A stretch of DNA of 64,000 nt. Origin: Camelus dromedarius (lineage: Eukaryota). Location: positions 78,308,001 through 78,372,000 of the forward strand of contig NC_087437.1 of the NCBI RefSeq assembly GCF_036321535.1, given 5' to 3'. Shown piece by piece: positions 11,976-25,259 of the stretch. The number at the start of each line of letters is the position of its first letter. Positions within the stretch are counted from its first letter, which is position 1. Below the pieces are notes generated by a model. The model worked only from the letters and a program-made list of their open reading frames with translations, did not search any database and was not told the origin of the DNA. The translations under genes and the position numbers were made by a program.

Positions 11976-13254
11976 ACTCAATAGCGGTCGATTGTCTCCT
12001 GTTACTACTGCCTTCACTTTATTCCCAACCACTCTGCTCTTTTTCCAGCAGAAGCAATTTAATTTTCACAGAACATAGATTCCCTACAACAATGCTTTCG
12101 GATAATGGCATTTACTCACAGAGCACTCAGAGAACATTTGTTGAAGAAAATGATGTTTGTCTTTCAATTATTACCATTCTAATGAGCAGTGAGATGGATT
12201 AAAGGTGAGAAAAGAGGCATTCTGGATTACTCATGTGGGGATAACTAGGAGCTGAATCAAAAGTAGAGCAAAAAGTTGCTTTACTGTCTCTCTTTCTTAC
12301 TCTGTAGTGGGCTCAGATGCCAGAGGATGCGGTGAATTGTGTTAGTCAAGCATAAACCCTATTCCTTCTCAAGTTTAATTCCAAAGTATAAAGTAACACT
12401 TCTCTGAATATGACTTCTCTTAAGAAGCAGAAATGTTCAACTGTGTAAGAGCAGGACTTCATCCAAGATAATCAATCCTGTATAAAGCTTTAAAAATGGC
12501 TATGAAAAGCAGGGGTACCCATGCTACTTGTGTGTAAAATATTTAAATAAGTTTGCGTGTTGTTGGGGCTGCAGATCTGAAATTTGGCAGTCCCCTGTGT
12601 TTCATGCTGAACTATTCTGAGGTTTCCTGCAACTTGAGCAGAGCAAGGAGAATGTCACCACTATCATCTGGGTTAAAGTTAAGGAAATATGCTTATAGAC
12701 TGCAGCTCTGGTTGTTTTGTAAAGCCTTTAAAAAATATTACCTGCAGAAAATTGTTTTCTTATTGTAAAAAAAAAATAAAGCCCTCACCTTTCCTCCTAA
12801 TGTTTTCCATTTTTCTGTCTAATGAGGATCTTAAGTTTCTAACAGCAATCTCATCTAAACGCTTCTAGCTGACTTTGCCTTTTATTAAACAGAATGCTTA
12901 GTTAGTCAGCAATGGAAGAAAAGAGCTAAGATTTCACAAGTTTGTTGACTTAAGTTTACAGAGAAATGCATGTAGAAATTTTAAAAGTAAGGAAAAAGCA
13001 GGAAAGTTGTTTGCATTTTAATACACGTACAACTAAACATTTGTCATGCTTCCTTACAAAACCTCCAACCCATCACAGCTAAAGCCCACTTCCCCCATCT
13101 TTCTGTTACCTTTTTTTTCCTCACACAAAGTTTTTGGACAAAAGTCAACCTTATTGTAATTATTCTTTCAGGTGGGCAAAATAATTGTGAAGCATTAGAT
13201 GAATCACAAGTTAGGGAAAATTGTGTCAATTTTTCCAGTGGAAAAATTTTTTTT

Positions 13255-13705
13255 TCTCTCCCCATCCACACATATATACTACCCTACCCTCAACATCCAT
13301 CATCAGTGAGGCATATTTGGTACAATCGAGGAATCAACATGGACACATTATTATCAACTGAAGTCCATAGTTTACATTAGGGTTCACTCTTGATGTTGTA
13401 AATTCTGTGGGCTTTGACAAATCCATAATGACATGTAGCCACTATAGTATCATACAGAATAATTTCATTGCCCTAAAAGTCCCTTGTGCTCCATCTATTC
13501 ATTCCCCCCTCTCTCCCTCCCTCTCCCAAACCCCTGGAAACCATGATCTTTGTATTGTTTCTGTAGCTGTGCCTTTTCCAGAATGTCATTTGGTTGGAAT
13601 CATACAGTTTATAGCCTTTTTACACTGGCTTCTTTCATTTAGTAATATGTCTTTAAAGTTTCTTCCATGTCTTTCATGGTTTGATAGATCATTTTTTTTA
13701 CTGCA
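13255..13705 (-). mobile_element. L1MB-type 3' end
   Basis: AAGTCCATAGTTTACATTAGGGTTCACTCTTG..GCCTTTTCCAGAATGTCAT..GGAATCATACAG antisense L1MB 3' UTR. Confidence 0.75.
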
Positions 13706-13826
13706 CATGTATTTTTTAATTTACATATACGTACTGTTCATTGTTTCCAAGAATGTTTAGAGCTTTAGCTTTTTAAACTTACATAGTTATCAAAGGAATA
13801 AAGCCAACCACAAAATAAGAATTAAT

Positions 13827-13937
13827 TCAAAAAAGATACATACACCCTGCTATTAACAGCAACATTATTTATAATTGCCAAGCTATGGAAGCATCCTAAG
13901 TGCACTTCAACAGTTGAATAGATAATAAAGATGCAGC

Positions 13938-13976
<39 letters not shown>

Positions 13977-14003
13977 ATGGAATACAACTCAGCCATAAAA
14001 AAG
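13827..14003 (+). mobile_element. Internal L1 fragment lacking terminal 3' UTR, with candidate 14-bp TSD
   Basis: CAAAAAAGATACATACACCC..CTCAGCCATAAAAAAG L1 ORF2-end sequence containing a (TA)n; AAAT(A/G)AGAATTAAT at 13813-13826 and 14004-14017. Confidence 0.7.
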
Positions 14004-14651
14004 AAATGAGAATTAATCATGTTGTCCAGTGATAAAGGACAAGCCTCAGAAGGTCATGCTTGTCTGATCTGCTCCCAGGCTAGCTGGGGCTCACAGTGTC
14101 CTCCTGGGCCATCAGTATGCAGAAATAGGAGCCCCTCCACTTCATTCACAGGCTTTTTTTGTTTCCTCCACATGGCTGCATGTTAATGAAGAAGGTTTGC
14201 AGTGTCATCTGCTGGTGGCAAATCCTATGATATATCTACCAGCATTCAGAATGGGAGGGTTAACTTGTACTGAGTTAGGGGCCCTCTAATTAGGAGAACA
14301 CAACTAAAAGCTTATCAAAATGTATTTCTTTGAGTTAAATTGTGATGTCTTGAAATGTATATATAATGGGTAACTTGCTGGGGTAAATTACCAGTCTTTT
14401 GCATTTGAGCATTAGTCATTTATTACTGTATAAAAAGATCAGTAATATTATCACAGAATCATGTATACTAATAGCTCAATTAAAAGAATAATTATATGTA
14501 AATTCAGGGGTGATGCATTATCAAATATATATTTATTAAAAGATTTTCCATAATTATTTTAAATTGAGAAAGAATGATATTTCTTTGTGATTCTAACAGA
14601 AATTTGCTTCAAGTAAAATATGCTTTTGATGTGACAAAGTTTATAGGAAAC

Positions 14652-15000
14652 TTTTTTTAAAATTTAGGTATAATTGACACATAACATTAGATTAGTTTCA
14701 GGTGTACAATGTAATGTTTTGATATTTGTGTATATTATGAAATCATCACCACAATAAATCTAGTTAACATCCATCACCATACAGTTAGAATTTTTTTTCA
14801 TTATCATAAGAACTTTTAAGATCAACTCTCTTAGCAGCTTTCAAATATACAGTACAGTAGTATTAACTATTGTCATCATGTTGTACACTACATCCCCATG
14901 ACTTATTTATCTTATCACTGGGAGTTTATGCATTTTGACCCCCTACACTCAGTTTTGCCCAACCCCACCCCACTGCCTCTGGCAATCACTAAACTGTCCA
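14652..15000 (-). mobile_element. L1MA9-like 3' end
   Basis: GGTATAATTGACACATAACATT..TTTCAGGTGTACA..CTCTGGCAATCAC antisense L1 3' UTR. Confidence 0.75.
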
Positions 15001-17097
15001 CCATAACTATGATGTAGGACACATTTTCAGCAACTTTTAAGATTACAGGCTTTCTTGTTCAAGGTATTATATCCACATATTTTATATGCAGATTTATTGC
15101 CCGTCCTCATAAGCAGCTATGTGGTCTGGAAATTCTTGGCAGTGGAAATTAAAAATAAAATAAAATATGGTTTTTTTTCCACTTCCGTATCTGATATTTT
15201 TTATACTTGCTCTCTTCTACTTTTGATTGTTTCTTTGATAGCAGATTTCAGTATAACTTTCATGTGGGTATTTTAGTTTTAGCTTTAGCTAAGACAGAGT
15301 AAAATGAATAAATAATGATCTAGCTTAGATATGGAGCATGGCTTCAACAACAGTAAGATCTATGGCTTCTTTGTCCAAATTTTGCAGTATATATTTTTAA
15401 TGTAATTTTCACAAAGGCAATGTAACCTGTAAAATACTAGATATTTATTGAGTGTCTAATATATGTTAGGCAATGTGTAGACAATGAATGTATAGTTATA
15501 ATAAGATGCAACCGAAAGTAGAACTTGTTCCTTTTCAGCAAAACATTCTTTCCAACATTTGAGACATTTGAGAAGCACAATATGTTTATTAGGATAAAGG
15601 ATATTATTCTAAAAAGAAATGCCCTGAATAAGGAAGATCATAATGTACCAGCAATAGACTGGTACACCGGAAGTTATTGATGGAGCAGCCGCTAACAAAA
15701 GAGATAATAAAAACCATTGGAAAAGATTAGTTCAGTTGCCAAAATCAAATTGACTAGGGCTGAGAAGAAGGAAAAACCTAATAATATGTTCCATTATGGT
15801 TTAAATTCCCCTCAAAACATACCACATGTGATTTGCAGATAAACCAAAGGAAGGAATAAAATAATTATGTGTCATTACATAAAAGAATGAAAAAGAGACT
15901 AGATTGGAAAGCCTGTTCTGCCCTAGCATCAGACCTGGTGTACACAGGAGTCTATTTAGATGGGGGATTCAGGAAATTCAAGAGAGATTTAGACCTTGAT
16001 TTTATAATTTAAAACCAAAATCAAGACCAATCTGAAACTATCTCAGAATATGAGCAGAAAGTTGTTGCACATTTTTTTCTATCAGTTTGTTAGTTGGTGA
16101 ACTTTTTACTACTTTCAGATGTTCAAACTTTAGATCCCATGTCTGTGCTCACAAAATATTCCTATGCCCATAAAAAAGGTAATTTCATGCCTAAATGGAA
16201 ATATCTGCCTGCATTTTGCATATAGAATATTCATTTACATAAGCAAATTCATGTTTTGAGGAAACACACTTTGTGAGTTCAACTTAGGTATCAATGGATA
16301 AAAAATTTCCAGAGTATCAGGTCTGGTTGAATGACTTCAGCCAAACCTATTGTTAGTTAGCCACTCACCCTCTGTAAATAAGTTCGTTTGTCCTTTTTTT
16401 TTTTTTTTTTGGATTCCACATATAGGTGATGTCATACAGTATTTTTCTTTCTCTTTCTGGCTTACTTCACTTAGAATGATCATCTCCAGGTCCATCCATG
16501 TGGCTGCAAATGGCATTATTTTATTCTTTTTTTATGGCTAAGTAACATTCCATTGTATAAATATACCACAGCTTCTTTATCAAGTTATCTGTCAATGGAT
16601 GTTTAGGTTGTTTCCATGTCTTGGCTATTGCAAAGTACTGCTATGAATACTGGGATGCATGTATCTTTTCAAATTAGAGCTTCCTCTGGATATATGCCCA
16701 GGAGTAGGATTCCTGGATCATATGGTAAGCCTATTTTTAGTCTTTTGAGGAATCTCCATACTGTTTTCCATAATGGCTGCACCAAACTATATTCCCACCA
16801 ACAGTGTAGGAGGGCTCCCTTTTCTCTGCACCTTCTTCAGCATTTATCGTTTGTGGACTTTTGAATGATGGACATTTGGACTGGTGTGAGGTGATACCTC
16901 ATTGTAGTTTTGATTTTCATTTCTCAGATAATTAGTGATATAGAGCATTTATCATGTGCCTACTGAACATTTATATGTCTTCATCGTAGAATTGTTTGTT
17001 TAGGTCTTCTGCCCATTTTTGGATTGGGTTGCTTGTTTTTTTTCTTATTAAGTTGTATGAGCTGTTTATATATTCTGGAAATTAAGCCTTTGTCAGT

Positions 17098-17544
17098 TTA
17101 GTCTTTTGCAAATATTTTCTCCCATTCCATAGGTTGTCTTTTTGTTTTGCTTATGGTTTCCTCTACTGTGCAAAAGCTTATAAGTTTAGTGAGGTACCAT
17201 TTGTTTATCTTTGCTTTTATTTCTATTGCCTGGGTAGACTGCTCTAGGAGAACATTGCTAAGATTTATGTTAGATAATGTTTTGCCTATGTTTTCCTCTA
17301 ATAGGTTTATAGTGTCTTGTCTTATGTTTAAGTCTTTAAGCCATTTTGAGTTTATTTTTGTGTATGATGTGAGGGTATATTCTAACTTCATTGATTTACA
17401 AGCAGCTGTCCAGTTATCCCAACACCATTTGCTGAAGAGACTGTCTTTACTCCATTGTATGTTCTTGTCTGCTTTGTCAAAGATTAATTGACCAAAAATA
17501 TTTGATTTTATTTCTGGGCTCTCTATTCTGTTCCATTGATCCAT
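17098..17544 (-). pseudogene. L1 ORF2p fragment (region C-terminal to the RT domain)
   Basis: DQWNRIESPEI..QLIFDK..KDSLFSKWCWDNW..YTKINSKWLKDLN..EWEKIFA is a typical L1 ORF2p sequence; interrupted by stops and frameshifts. Confidence 0.9.
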
Positions 17545-18119
17545 ATGTCTGTTTTTGTACCAATATCATGCTGTTTTGTTTACTGTAGCTCTGTAGTATT
17601 GTCTGAAATCTGGGAGGGTTAATCCTCCAGCTTCATTCTTTTTCTTCAGTAATGCTTTGACAATTCTGGGTCTTTTGTGATTCCATATAAATTTTAGGAT
17701 TATTTGTTCTAGTTCTGTGAAAAATGTCCTGGGTAATTTGATAGGGATTGCATTAAATCTTTAGATTGCTTTGGGTTGTCTGGCCATTTTAACAATATTA
17801 ATTCTTTCAATCCAAGAACATGGGATATCTTTCCATTTGTTTAAGTCATCTTTAATTTCCTTAGTCAATGTTTTGTAGTTCTCCACATATAAGTCTTTTA
17901 CTTCCTTGGTCAGATTTATTCTTAAGTATTTTATTGTTTTGGATGCAATTTTAAAAGAAATTGTTTCTTTACTCTCCTTTTCTGATATTTCATTGTTAGC
18001 ATAAAGAAATACAACTGATTTCTGTGTGTTAATCTTGTATCCTGCTAACTTACTGAATTCTTTTATCAGCTCCAGTAGTTTTGGTTGGAGCCTTTAGGGT
18101 TTTCTATATATAGTATCAG

Positions 18120-18510
18120 GTCATCCACAAATAATGAGAGTTACCTCTTCTCTTCCAATTTGGATCCTTTTTATTTCTTTTTCTTATCTAATTGTTATAG
18201 CTAAGAATTCCAATACTATATTGAATAGAAGTGATAAGAGTAGGCATCCTTGTCTTGTTCCAGATTTTAGTGGGAAGGCTTTCAACTTTTCACCATTGAG
18301 TATTATGCTGGCTGTAGGTTTGTCATAAATAGCTTTTATTATGTTGAGATATATTCCCTCCATACCCACTTTGGTTGGAGTTTTTATCATAAATGGGTGT
18401 TGAATTTTATCAACAGCTTTTTTGCACCTGTTGAGACAATCATGTGATTTTTGTCCTTTCTCTTGTTGATGTGGTCGATCATGTTGATTGATTTGCATAT
18501 GTTGTGTCAT
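18120..18510 (-). pseudogene. L1 ORF2p reverse-transcriptase fragment
   Basis: [45 protein letters not shown]; downstream LSLFVDD (18120-18140) at the FADD catalytic motif position; frameshift and stop present. Confidence 0.9.
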
Positions 18511-18904
18511 CCTCGTGTCCCTGGGATGAACCTAACTTGATCATGGTGTATAGTCAACCAATATCATTAATGAACATAGATGCAAAAATCCTCAACAAAA
18601 TATTAGCGAATAGAATCAACAACACATAAAAAAGATCATACACCTGTTGTGATATTGTAAACTGAAGAACATGACCTTTAGGCAAAAAACTTTCCCCAAA
18701 GGATGAGAATTCCCATTTTAGAGAGATGTGTTTACTAAACTGTTAAATACAAAGTTAAGAAAATGAGTCAGAATATTAAATCTATAAGAAATATTGGCCT
18801 TTACTTTGTCTAATCCTTTTGCTTTGCACAGACTAACTGATGCTTAGAGAACAACATTTTCCTGTATATTTCCCTTTATCATATTCTCTTTGGAAGATAA
18901 AATC

Positions 18905-19414
18905 TATAGGAAAGGAAGAATCTTCCCTCAACCCTCTTAAGGTCCCTGCCTGGTTCTGAAAATTAAACTGACAAAGATTAACAGGGAAAAAGCACACTGA
19001 TTTATTTAATCTAAGTTTTAAGTGACACGGAGCCGTCATAGGGAAATGAAGAGAAACAGCTAGACCTCAGGGTTTTATGTGAGGTTTGATGGAGAGTACA
19101 CAGTTATGGAGAAATATGGTAGATTAAGAAGTATGAGGTAATTATGGTAAAGTAGGGGAAACTCAACAAGGCCTGTTTGTTAGGAGTCTTCTCAGCATCA
19201 CTTTGTCTTCAGAGATAAGGACGTTCCTTTCCTCTGAGTATAGGGAGGGTACCTCTTCCTTGAGTTTTATGGCCTGTTTCAGGGAAGAAGGGTGGGGATA
19301 GGGGAAGTCTGAGTGACTTCCTGCTTCTGTCATTTTCTCTAATTCCTTTAGCTTAAGATATTCAATATGCCTAGATGCCTTATTTTGTGGTAGCATGTCC
19401 TGAACCCTATAACA
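18905..19414 (-). mobile_element. ERV1 solo LTR, MER34-like
   Basis: Shares CTGAAAATTAAACTGACAAA and end structure with the 1305-1889 LTR; minus strand starts TGTTATAGGGTTCAGGACATGCTACCACAAAATA. Confidence 0.75.
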
Positions 19415-19780
19415 TCAAAGTGAAGACTCTGTTATAATGGAAAAAGCTGTTTATCACATTACCAAGTGTTTGTGTCTGTGTGTGTGTGTGGGGGGGGGGG
19501 CAAAGTACCTGAGACAAGTGAGTGATCTAAGAGATCGGAAGTTGACCACATCTCAGAATCAAGAGCTTTGAAATTATTGTTTCCTTCTTATGGAACCACA
19601 GTTTGGTCAGTTTCTGGGACAAGATCCAATTCCATCTTGATTTTGTACAAGTAAGTTCAATAATTTCAATAACAAGAACTTTGATTTTCTAATAGCCCCA
19701 CCCCCCTTTTTAAGGTTTATGGTGACTAGGAAGATTATATTGGAAAGTCTCAGACAATGAACCTAAGATGAGATTTTAGC

Positions 19781-19812
19781 TGTGTGTGTGTGTGTGTGTG
19801 CGCGCGCATGCA
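19781..19812. repeat. (TG)10(CG)3 alternating purine-pyrimidine tract
   Basis: Direct reading. Confidence 0.9.
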
Positions 19813-21450
19813 TTGTCTGTATATAATCCTATTGTAGAAATATCATTTCCTTAGACTGTAGAATATTTCTGAGTATTTCTGAAATATTATTCTGGATGGA
19901 AATTCAGATTTAGTTGGCTAGATGGTGATATATTCTTAGGTATTTCTGCTAGTTTTTGTACTTTTTTATAGAGGCCATCTTAGACTCTGTGAATATTGTT
20001 TGCTTTAAAATTTTATTTGTCTTTTCAACCATGTCCTTAATGTTGGTTTGACCATTCTTTTTGTAGTTTGCCCAATTTCAGACTTGGAAAAAATATAATA
20101 ACCTATACTTTAATTCAAAAAAGTTGTGAAAATGTTCACATACTCCTACTGCCTAAGAAAATCCCTGAAATCCATTAACTAAATTATGACCTATTTACAC
20201 TTACCTTCATCAGGTTACCTTGGTATTCTTGGCTAAAACTGCTTAGCTACCTAATGATTGCATCCTGTCAGTAACAAACAGATCCTTCCCTAAGAGGAGC
20301 CATCTTTGCATGCTTATTCCCCAGCAAACACCTGTCCACCTGTCCTCCATGTGACATCCAAGGGCTCATCTCAGGTGCCCTTAACAGTCACATGTAGTGA
20401 GTGAATTAATTGTTATTTTCATATCAATACTAGTTTTTCATACGTTTATAGATAAAAGTTTTATTATCCATATTACCAGCTCAAGGGACCTCAAGACATA
20501 TTAGTTCCCTCCTCATTCCTAAAATAGATGTACAGAAAATTTAAAAATTTTTTTCTTGGGCGTTCTAAGAAAGTGCTGCAAAGAGTGTATCTAAATGGGC
20601 TAAGTTAGCTGGGAACCAGGCGCTCCAGCCATTCCCTTTGCAAAATGACAAACTGAAAGAATCTGGCTGTTGATCAGGTAAAGCTAGTCTGCTATGGTCC
20701 AGGCAGTGGGTGGGACTCAAGAGATCAGCTAGCCTGTGGGGATGGGCTCAGCCACCTGCGAGTTCCAAAGCACGTCAGCAATGAACCTCAGCAATAGGTC
20801 CATCCACTGCTACTTTAATGCAAAGCTTGGTTGTGTGACTTGAGGCACAGTGAGCCTTTTTTTCCCTCCATGAGTACTGGTTTCGGGAAGTAGGACACCT
20901 TTCCCAGTTCCTCTCCTCTCCTTTTGATCCACACACACGGGTTGATGCCTAGCTCAGAACATTTTCTAGTGCACTTCCCTTCACTGTGTCTTCTCCATGG
21001 AAGCCCGAGGCATCAAAGAGAAGATTGTTATAATGAAAAAAGTTGTTTAAAGGGATAAAAGCACCTGAGACCAGTGGGTGATTAAAGAGTTGGGAAGGAG
21101 GGCACTTCTCAGGACCAAGAACCCTGAAATAATTGCTCCATGTTATGGACCCACAGTATAATAAGTTTTTGTGTTAACACTGAATTTTATTTTGAAGACC
21201 TTCCAGTAGCAAGAACTATGGTTTTCCAATATAACCACCTTCTTTCTCTTTTCTTTTTAAAAAATTTATGGTGTTTAGGAAGAATACATTGATAAGTTGC
21301 AGATAATCTATTTCCTTTGTTCCCCTCTACTCTACTCTCATCTTGTCTTCTTTCTTCTTTCTTCACATTCTTGCTATATCTTTATGGTCAAGGGGAATGA
21401 CCTCCTTTCTGAGCGCTTAAGTTTTCTAACCCCATATATACCCTTCCTTT

Positions 21451-22090
21451 TGTGGCCGATGATTAGGTTCTTATCTTGTCGAAGAAAGAATTCAGAGATG
21501 AGACACAGAGGTAAAGAAGGTAAAGTAAGGGTTTATTAAGTGATAGTACACTCTCAAGGGGAGAGCAGGCAGGCTCAGGTGAACAGCTGTGTTGAATTTC
21601 TTTGGTAAGTTGGTTACAAATGGTGTAAAATGAATGGGTGGAATATTCATTGGGGAAGGAAGGGTTTGGGGTCGTGTTCCCTGATTTTCATCCCACCTCC
21701 ACCTTCTGAAAGGGAGGAGGGATTTTTGCCCTTATTTAGTCTGGATCAGAAGTGTCATGGTGTTGGTGCATGATGGGTACTTCTAATCTGCAAGGCTAAT
21801 TTTATTGTAATGAAGGCATAATGAGTAAGAGGTTACATTCAGACACTGGAGATTGCTATCTTTTCCCACCTTTTTTTTGTCAGCCTCCAGGACAGTTGTC
21901 ACTCCAAAATGTGTGATTTCTTAGCCCAGACCTTCCTCCTTTTCTTCCTCTGCTTAGGGACCCCTGGTGTTTCCATGATGTATAGATTCCTGCATTTGGC
22001 CCATGCCCCTCTCCTTCTTCGCCCAGTTCCTGCCATTTGGCCTGAGTCCCCCTTTCTCTGCTCATATCAAGCTATCTGCCTGCTCTAACA
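21451..22090 (-). mobile_element. 640-bp ERV1-class solo LTR with 4-bp TSD CTTT
   Basis: TG (21451) ..AACA (22090) termini; CTTT at 21447-21450 and 22091-22094; minus-strand AATAAA (TTTATT at 21532-21537) ~80 bp from its 3' end. Confidence 0.8.
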
Positions 22091-24064
22091 CTTTTACCTC
22101 CTCTGTAAAATGCTCTACACTCTCTTCTTTCATGAAATACTTGATGGCTCATTAGATCCAGGCTCTAAACAACCAAATAATCTTATTCCTTTAGAAATTT
22201 CATAACTCTTCCCTAGATGACGAGAAGAACTTCCAACCTGAATACTTGTAATACAGCAAAAACAAACGAACAAACAAACAAAAACAGAAAGGAAGGGGGA
22301 AAAATTCTCATTTAAGAAATTTGACGGTTTTTCATCTTTCTACACTCAGAGACCAGATCTCTTGCTCTCTGAATTTAAATGTATGCTATCTCTTTAGGAA
22401 TTTTCTTCTATTTAAAGGCTAGAATGCTGCTCTGATCTCTCACTAGTTAGTGGTACATTACTTTTCTGGCCTCTACTCTGTTCAGGCCTATTTATGAAGT
22501 TCTCTTATCTGAAGGGATCTTAGTGGTACTCTCCTTGTTACTACTCCTTTTACAATAAAAAATAATCTTTTCTTTTTTTTTTAGAAGACAGTGATCCAGT
22601 CTTTACACCAGCGGTCCTAGTTAAGACATTGCCATTGTGATGCAGAAACCTGTTAACTCTTTCACTAGTGACCAAGGACAGACAGCTTGTTAAGGGCATC
22701 TTCCTGTTGCCCTATTACTGTTTGATTAGGAAAACTTTGCACTTGTTTTGTGTTAACCTTACCTATTGCACTGTATTATTTTTAAGTGCAATTCATCAAA
22801 ATAGTATGCTGTTCTCACTTCCAAATAAACTCCTCTCCCTCTTCCCCGGCCCCCCAATTGCAAAAGCAGACTCAGAAACACACATCTGTTCTGTCTGTGC
22901 TGACCTCAATGCCATAACCACAGGGACTTCCTTCATCTGGTGACAAAAAGAAAGAAAAAGCTTCTTGAGGCCTGAATTTGCAAGCCTACACTTAAAAGGT
23001 GACATTAATGCCATCAAAAGAAAGATACTTTCTTATAGAAGGATCAGAGTGCAAGATATATCATCAGATGAAATTGGGCCCTCGAGGGCTCTTCGTAGCT
23101 CATAATTATCGATTGGAATGGCAAATGGAGTAATTTGTAGGCAGCTAGCCTGTGACACATTGTAATGAAGGAACCATATGTAGAAGTATGTGGAATTAAC
23201 AGGAGCAGTGTTACTCCTCCAGTGTTTTAGATGAAAAACCCACGCAGTTTTGAAACTTCAGAGTTGCTATTTCAAAGACTCTAAGAGCATCTGTTAGGTA
23301 TCGCATGATCTAATCTCTAACACAGCGCACGCAGTCAGCTTTTCAGCATGTCACACCAGTACTAAGGAGCCAGAAAATGAGCAGGCAGGTCACTTTTCAC
23401 CTCATTAGCGCAGCAGGAGGGGGCTCTGGAAAACAAGATGCCAGCAGAAGCCAGGGGCTTGCTGACATCTTTTTTGAATAACAGAAAAAGGACCCAGCTG
23501 TGTACTCCTTCTAACTCTGTACTTCTGTTCTTTCCCATGTAACCCCTTCCCTTTTTTCTGACCTTTCATTGGTTTGACCTCTGGAGTGTTCATAAACCAC
23601 CCCAAATTGTCTGTGGAATATATAATTTATTCCTGTTCTTCCTGATGGTAGATCTTGGTTTTAATACAATTCTATTCAATATAATATGGATACACAGTCT
23701 TTAATGTCCTTGACAAGACTGAAATTCAGGATCCTTTGGACACAAACATAGAAGATAATAGGAAAGCAGGTATCATTTCTTTCTCCGAGCTGCTTCTTGC
23801 ATAGATAAAATTATTGAAGTTCACTTTCTGTTCTGAAATTTGTTTTCTATTTCTTCATCTTTCCTTTCCTTTATCAATCTTATACTCATGATAAGATCAA
23901 TCTTATCCTTCATCAACCTCAATTCCTGGGTGACTACAGCCATCAGGTCCCTTCTGCCAACCCACAATGGACAAAATATATATAATTTCTTTTTTTTAAG
24001 CCATTCAAATTTGTGACTATTTGTTACACAGCATAATGTAGCTGATTCTGAATAATCAAAGAGC

Positions 24065-24215
24065 TAAGATGTACTGGGCAAGGGCATTGTACCAGGCAGT
24101 GTGACAAGTACTTTACAATCACTATCTTGATTTCATAACAATGGTGCGTGGAAGGCCCTACTCTCATCCCCATTTCAGTGTGAGGAAACTAGGACTTACA
24201 GGTATTTAATATTTT
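24065..24215 (-). mobile_element. MIR fragment
   Basis: CATCCCCATTTCAGTGTGAGGAAACTAGG antisense MIR core. Confidence 0.6.
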
Positions 24216-24247
24216 CACACCTTGCTTGCATCATTCCAAAATCCTTT

Positions 24248-24700
24248 TGTATCAGTTCCTCTTCTAGCCACTGTGGCAGAAACCAATTCCAAGTGTACGT
24301 CTCACATCTTGCCTCCAGGCTTCTCCTGCTCCACTGTATGGGGCAAACCCAGCTCTGCTCTGTGCAAGCACTACCCAGACCCACGTAACCAGGGCGTGGA
24401 CCAATGAAGTCTGGTGGTATTAGTGCCGGTGCATCTATTCCTGACCCACAGGCCAGGAGACAATGGGAAGTATGCCCCTGATCCCAACTTTTCCCCTGTT
24501 GCAGGTAGTTCTGAGGCGCATTTTGTAAGATTCCTCATAAGATCCTAAAGTCAGCATTCAATTTAAGAAGACATTTTTGAACTGGCTTTTTTCCATTCCC
24601 TTTTCCTCCCACTGTCCTGCATGCCTTTTCCCTCAGATCTGACAACTAGGCAAAGTAACCCGTGGCCTCAGACTCTACTCTGAGTAGAGCCAAGACACTA
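24248..24700 (-). mobile_element. Old ERVL LTR (LTR16-like)
   Basis: Decayed motifs (GGAGACAATGGGAAGTATG..GTTCTGAGGCGCATTT..CTCAGACTCTACT); family call weak. Confidence 0.35.
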
Positions 24701-25259
24701 AGTAACTAGTCCAAGGACACAAGGCTTCTGTGCAAATCTAGAATCAGTGAAGGCTAAAGGCAGAAACCACGCCCCTCATCACCATTAGGCACTGCCTTCC
24801 TATATGTTGTTACAATTTTCGGGGTTTTTTTTTTTTTTTTTTGGTGCCATGACAAGTCCATTAAGCAACTGGCTCCTCTTTGGCACTTGGTATTTTCTCA
24901 TATAATGACTTTTTTCTGTGTTCTATTAACATGTATCATTCTTCCTTTCTTTTTTTTCCGTTGAATGAACATTTATTTACTTTTTACAAAAAGTTTTCCA
25001 TATTTTAACCTTTGAAAAAACAAATGTTTGTCTATATTTTAGGCTTCAAATTTCCATTTTTTATGTTCCCGATACAGCAGTATATTACGCATACGCTCTT
25101 CTAAAGGTTTCCTATCGGGACTTTTACATACGAATTTTTATAGCACTCTATCTGTAGAGATGAACATATGATAGTATAGAAAAACAAGAGTGAGAATTTG
25201 CACCATCCCCATATTTTAGAGCATGAAAGCCCGTATACGTAATTTAGAATTTTTTGATG

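Larger units (their letters stand above)
16371..18644 (-). mobile_element. ~2.3-kb L1 (ORF2 RT to 3' UTR) with inverted ~90-bp 5' segment
   Basis: Antisense L1 ~16371-18552; sense-oriented L1 piece (CCAATATCATTAATGAACATAGATGCAAAAATCCTCAACAAAATATTAGC) ~18553-18644; terminal 3' UTR and poly(A) absent. Confidence 0.9.

Noticed and set aside
17147..17491. Plus-strand ORFs here and at 10513, 13407, 16350, 16616, 18134 and 55999
   Set aside because: Antisense readings of L1 sequence, a well-known source of spurious hydrophobic ORFs.
1305..19414. Two related MER34-like LTRs as ends of one provirus
   Set aside because: They are 17 kb apart and clearly diverged, the first has its own TSD, and no gag/pol/env sequence lies between them; they are independent solo LTRs.
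22561..22650. Splice-acceptor-like TTTT..TAG at about 22584
   Set aside because: All three frames hit stops within 60 bp and no convincing donor follows; no evidence for a coding exon.
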